NCBI GenBank assembly: GCA_964487845.1
Contig: CAZASK010000009.1
Span: 5-64,004 of the forward strand
Length of the DNA stretch: 64,000 nucleotides
From: an uncultured bacterium
GTDB taxonomy: Bacteria; Chlamydiota; Chlamydiia; Chlamydiales; FEN-1388
Direction: 5' to 3'
Below, one piece after another: positions 60,148 to 64,000 of the stretch (position 1 is its first letter; each line of letters begins with the position of its first letter). The notes under the pieces were generated by a model, which was not told the origin of the DNA, ran no database searches, and was given only the letters and a program-made list of their open reading frames with translations. Position numbers and translations under genes: made by a program.

Positions 60148-61752
60148 ATGTACAAATTCACATTTATTATAATTTTTTTGCATTATCTCGCAATGCCAAA
60201 TCATGTTATTTCGGTTCCTTTACACATGTCAATCCAAGAGAAGGTAGGTCAGCTTCTGATGGTCTCTTTTGAGGGAGAGGTGATCAATGAAGATGCAAGA
60301 GTGCTCATTCAAGATGTTGGGGTGGGTGGAGTTATTTACTACACGTGGAGCAATGGCCTTACCTCTCAAGAGCAAGTGAAGCAGTTAAGTGATGGCCTAC
60401 AATCGCTCACTCGGTCAAACAAGCATCCTCTCCCTCTTTTTATTGCAATCGACCAAGAAGGAGGGATTGTGAATCGTCTGCAGAAAGAGTGTACGCTTTT
60501 TCCTGGGAATGCAGCTCTAGGTGCGGTGACAGATCCACAGCTTGTAGAAGAGGTCTCCTTTGCAATGGGACAAGAGTTGCAAGCTGTAGGAGTGAATATG
60601 AATTTTGCTCCGGTAGTTGACGTGAATGTGAATCCGAACAATCCTGTTATAGGCTTGCGCTCGTTTGGGGCTGATCCCGAGGTGGTGGCGCAGTTGGGCA
60701 AGAGTGCTGTCGAAGGATATAAGCGAGCTCATGTTATTGCTACGTTAAAGCACTTTCCAGGACATGGAGATGTAGAAGTAGACTCTCATGAAGAATTACC
60801 TATTATTTATAAATCGATGCAGGAATTAGAGAGCGTTGAGCTTTTGCCATTTGCACGCCTTTCTCCTTCTGTAGAAGCAGTCATGACAGCGCACCTACTT
60901 GTGCCTGCAGTTGATAAAGAGAACTGCTCTACTTTGTCTAAAAAAACAGTACACTATCTAAGAAATACAATTGGCTTTCAAGGAGTTCTTATCTCTGATT
61001 CACTTACGATGCAAGGAGTATTGAAAAAATGTGATACGATAGATGAAGCAGCTATTCGTGCGCTGCAAGCTGGTTGCGATATACTTTTACTAGGTGGAAG
61101 AGTGCTCGTTGATGGTGATAAAACAGCAGGACTTACAGCGGCTTCTATTCAACGCATTCATCGTGCTTTAGTAAAGGCAGTACAAGATGGCAGAGTGCCA
61201 GAAGAAAGAGTAAATGAAGCAGTAGAAAGAATACTCGACTTGAAATTACGCACTCTCTCTTCAAATGTCGCAGAGGAGGCTCGTCCTTGTGATCTGCAAA
61301 AGCATGCACTGCTTGCTGAAAAAGTGGCCATGCGTGCAATAAAAAAACAAGGAGAGCTTCCCTATAATCCACTCATGCTTCATCAAAAAAATATTGTCCT
61401 CGTGGCCCCTCAAACGCTCCAGGCGTGTGTGGAATCTACTCAATTATTACGACTGGGAAAATCAGTAGAGCCTCTTTTCTTTACAAGTCTCAACCCGACA
61501 CAAGAAGAAGGGAAGAAGATCATCTCGAGAGCTCAATTGTCAGATATTGTGATAATGTGTTCGTATAATAGCTGGAAAAATCCAGAGCAAATAGCTCTTA
61601 TTGAAGCTCTGATTGAAAGTGGAAAACCGTTTGTTTTGGTAGTAACACGAGATCCTCTCGATGCCAAGCTGTTTTCTCGTGCCAGTGTTGTTTTTACAAC
61701 GTATAGCCCTACGGCTGTCTCTCTTCAAGCTGTGTGCAACCAGTTGAGATGA
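60148..61752 (+). CDS. glycoside hydrolase family 3 (NagZ-like beta-N-acetylhexosaminidase)
   Basis: DQEGG, NFAPVVDV, KHFPGHGD, and the nucleophile context GVLISDSLTM. Carries an extra C-terminal domain. Confidence 0.85.
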   Translation: MYKFTFIIIFLHYLAMPNHVISVPLHMSIQEKVGQLLMVSFEGEVINEDARVLIQDVGVGGVIYYTWSNGLTSQEQVKQLSDGLQSLTRSNKHPLPLFIAIDQEGGIVNRLQKECTLFPGNAALGAVTDPQLVEEVSFAMGQELQAVGVNMNFAPVVDVNVNPNNPVIGLRSFGADPEVVAQLGKSAVEGYKRAHVIATLKHFPGHGDVEVDSHEELPIIYKSMQELESVELLPFARLSPSVEAVMTAHLLVPAVDKENCSTLSKKTVHYLRNTIGFQGVLISDSLTMQGVLKKCDTIDEAAIRALQAGCDILLLGGRVLVDGDKTAGLTAASIQRIHRALVKAVQDGRVPEERVNEAVERILDLKLRTLSSNVAEEARPCDLQKHALLAEKVAMRAIKKQGELPYNPLMLHQKNIVLVAPQTLQACVESTQLLRLGKSVEPLFFTSLNPTQEEGKKIISRAQLSDIVIMCSYNSWKNPEQIALIEALIESGKPFVLVVTRDPLDAKLFSRASVVFTTYSPTAVSLQAVCNQLR

Positions 61753-61806
61753 GCGCGGCAAAAATAAATGAAAAACCTGAAGTAGCTGACAAATAGTCTA
61801 GAAAAG

Positions 61807-61854
61807 GATATTGTCTCGTAATTTGCACAACCATGCAAATTACGAGACAATATC
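61807..61854. terminator. perfect 21-bp hairpin; bidirectional terminator candidate
   Basis: GATATTGTCTCGTAATTTGCA-caacca-TGCAAATTACGAGACAATATC, 54 nt after the GH3 stop. Confidence 0.65.
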
Positions 61855-62266
61855 AAAATAAAGAAGAAATTAACACAAGACTCTCTATTTCAATCACTTG
61901 AGTATGCAATTTCCGCAATATCCGATCAGCGATTGTTTTCTTATAGGCTTTTGAATGGGAATGTTCTAGATTTCCGGTTTGCATTTTACGAGCTATCTAA
62001 CGATAGATTGTGGAAATTCCCGCCTTAAAAGCTGACTTGCCTTTGTTTTGTCTTTTGTTTCCTCAATGTATTCAAGCACTCTTTGCCGTGGTCTACTAAG
62101 TAAGGTCGGATCATTTGTTCTCTCATCGGTAAAAAAGAAGAAAATATCGCGTTATCGATATTTTTTTAAATGACTATAATGGCGTTGTGCCCCGTATGAA
62201 GAGAATGGGGTTAGGAAAACAACGCTAGCCTAGAAAAAATCCAAGCTAGCTGATAATATTAGAGTT

Positions 62267-64000
62267 TCAAAGAGAACTTAATTGGAAAGTAAATTCCTGC
62301 CTTTGATATCCATTTGCTAAATATGTATAGGGATTTTTGAAGGCATTGTGATACGCTGTTTCTTGGGTATCTCTTATTTCTTTTGACTCTTCGTAAGCTT
62401 CCTTTCGTTTTTCATACTCAGCTAAGAATTTCTCTCCATCGTTAGGATCCAATAAAAGATCTTTTAAAGTCTTAATCGAGTCAAATTGCGGTTCAGTTGG
62501 AGAAAAGTCTTTAAATTCAGTATCGATAAAGTAAATGCCATCCTCAGCGAAAATGAAATTGTCTCCAAAAAAGTCACTATAGCCTGTCTTTTCAAGGATG
62601 ATCATAAATTCAATTGCTTCTTCCAAGGATAGCTTTCGATCAACAGGTTTAATACGTTCAGCATATATTGTTAGTTGATCATTTTTAGACACAAGCTCTA
62701 AACTCCTTGCAATATTGAACGAAACATTTTCTAATCCATTCTTGATAACGGCAATTTTTTTAGGAACTTTTATATGTTTTAGTCCATTTTCTTTAGCAAG
62801 TCTTTCTATAAAGTTTTTACCTTGAATACGGCCAATTTGATATATTTTGCTAATATATTTGCTTTTATCTAATTTACTAAATTCCTCTTCTGTAAGTAAT
62901 AGGCCTTCTTTTTTTAGATCTTTGAGAAAATTTTCCATAACAGCTCTTGCTGTAACAATATCCATATTACCAGCGAAAATATCAGGACCTGGCCAAAATA
63001 ATGGCACTTGATCCATTCCGAGAGGTTTTAGCTTTTTAACCATATTTTCGTTAGCAAAAGCATTTGCCACGAAGAAAACTTTGATTTTTAAGTCTTGATC
63101 TAGCTGGGCAAACTCTTCTTCAGAAAAGTTACAGTCATTTTTGAAGGCTCTTTTGATCCACACTTCTTCTAGAGATAAGACAATATTTTCCTTTTCCATC
63201 GCATCTATCAAAATATCAGCTTCTTCTTTTGATCTATTTAAAGCTGCTTCCACAAATGCCGACTTTATTTGCCCTTGAGTTTGCCTAATTACAGAAGGAT
63301 CTAACTCCAACATGATCCCCGTAATTTTGGCATCGCCTTTTCCTGCCCATAAAGTAAATAATGTTTCACCTTCGGGAGTTTTATCATTTAAGTTTATAGG
63401 GATGTTCTTTTCTTTAATTATGTTTAATGCTTCTAATGTGCTAGCAGAATTTAAGGTGAAAATTCTTGGAGCTCCAGTCTGATCTTTTTCTAGAATAAAT
63501 GTGAAAAATTCTTCTTCAGTAACAATTGAATTATTGGGATGTTGTAAGAAATAACCGATCGGCGAGCCATAGTTCTTGCCTAACTGATACATCAATCTGG
63601 GCTCTTTATTTTGAGCTAACTTTAAAAGTGCTTCAAGAGCTGAGCCCTCGTATGTTGTGTATTCTTTGCCGTATTGGGCACCTGTGACAGCCACCAATTT
63701 TTCTTTTTTATCTATCTCAACAAGAGCAAAGTTCAGCTCCTGACCTTCCGAAATTTTAGATCCACCAAACAAAAGCTTTGGTTCTATATAGACAATTTTA
63801 CCCTGTTCAATTTTAAATTTAGTCTGCTCTTCGAGAATGCCAAAACAAACGCTTACTTTAGATTGTGTAAACAAATTTCTGACAGATTTTGAGAATAGAG
63901 CTAGGCAGAGAGTAAAAACAACTGCTATAACCCCTAGAAAACCTCTTTCAATACGTTCTGGAGTAGAGAACGTCCTTTCTCTTTTTTCAATAAGTCGATA
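62267..64000 (-). CDS. hypothetical membrane-anchored protein with a kinase-like C-terminal region; 5' end lies outside the window
   Basis: The frame stays open from 63874 to 64000 (…ERGFLGVIAVVFTLCLALFSKSVRN-LFTQSK) with no stop, so the TTG start in the track is artificial. The C-terminal region has KKIAVIK, SDFFGDNFIF (DxxxxN) and IYFIDTE (DFG-like). Confidence 0.5.
   Translation of the reverse strand, partial: YRLIEKRERTFSTPERIERGFLGVIAVVFTLCLALFSKSVRNLFTQSKVSVCFGILEEQTKFKIEQGKIVYIEPKLLFGGSKISEGQELNFALVEIDKKEKLVAVTGAQYGKEYTTYEGSALEALLKLAQNKEPRLMYQLGKNYGSPIGYFLQHPNNSIVTEEEFFTFILEKDQTGAPRIFTLNSASTLEALNIIKEKNIPINLNDKTPEGETLFTLWAGKGDAKITGIMLELDPSVIRQTQGQIKSAFVEAALNRSKEEADILIDAMEKENIVLSLEEVWIKRAFKNDCNFSEEEFAQLDQDLKIKVFFVANAFANENMVKKLKPLGMDQVPLFWPGPDIFAGNMDIVTARAVMENFLKDLKKEGLLLTEEEFSKLDKSKYISKIYQIGRIQGKNFIERLAKENGLKHIKVPKKIAVIKNGLENVSFNIARSLELVSKNDQLTIYAERIKPVDRKLSLEEAIEFMIILEKTGYSDFFGDNFIFAEDGIYFIDTEFKDFSPTEPQFDSIKTLKDLLLDPNDGEKFLAEYEKRKEAYEESKEIRDTQETAYHNAFKNPYTYLANGYQRQEFTFQLSSL

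Overview
A densely coding bacterial window that appears to come from an amoeba-associated (environmental) member of the Chlamydiae. This is an inference from three things: a Pmp-like GGA[ILV]/FxxN beta-helix protein, the argR-glnPQ-type gene arrangement, and many ankyrin, LRR and WD40 eukaryote-like proteins. No database search was possible.

The housekeeping backbone includes:
- nusB-murB-PHP-folC
- a thrS-like gene followed by infC-rpmI-rplT-pheS
- rluA-family, GT9 and mazG genes
- PP2C phosphatase and cysteine desulfurase
- LOG, ubiA-ubiX and surE
- ttcA with an AAA_5 ATPase
- the argR amino-acid ABC transporter operon
- a GH3 hydrolase

RNA genes found by hand:
- seven tRNAs: Val-GAC, Asp-GTC, Val-TAC, Thr-TGT, Tyr-GTA, Asn-GTT
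- a small SRP (4.5S) RNA
- a TPP riboswitch in front of an MHS-type MFS transporter

The accessory content is the interesting part:
- A 163-bp MITE-like palindromic element is present in three copies. One sits in frame at the argR / binding-protein junction.
- A second 166-bp inverted-repeat element has similar termini.
- A HigBA-like toxin-antitoxin cassette is bracketed by a duplicated 3' end of tRNA-Asn.
- A roughly 12-kb island lies after tRNA-Thr/Tyr. It contains a PLD gene fragment, signal-peptide-bearing sugar-modifying enzymes, a NadR-like kinase with a 3-TM mini-PnuC, a WD40 protein, a Pmp-like protein, a ROK-ankyrin fusion, a BclA-type collagen-like protein and an LRR protein.

There are also several apparent pseudoenzymes and effector candidates: a ThrRS-like protein in the thrS slot, an AsnB-like protein lacking the Cys nucleophile and PP-loop, a eukaryote-type myo-inositol oxygenase, and a YopT-like protease candidate.

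All product calls are by-eye motif recognition and need HMM or BLAST confirmation.
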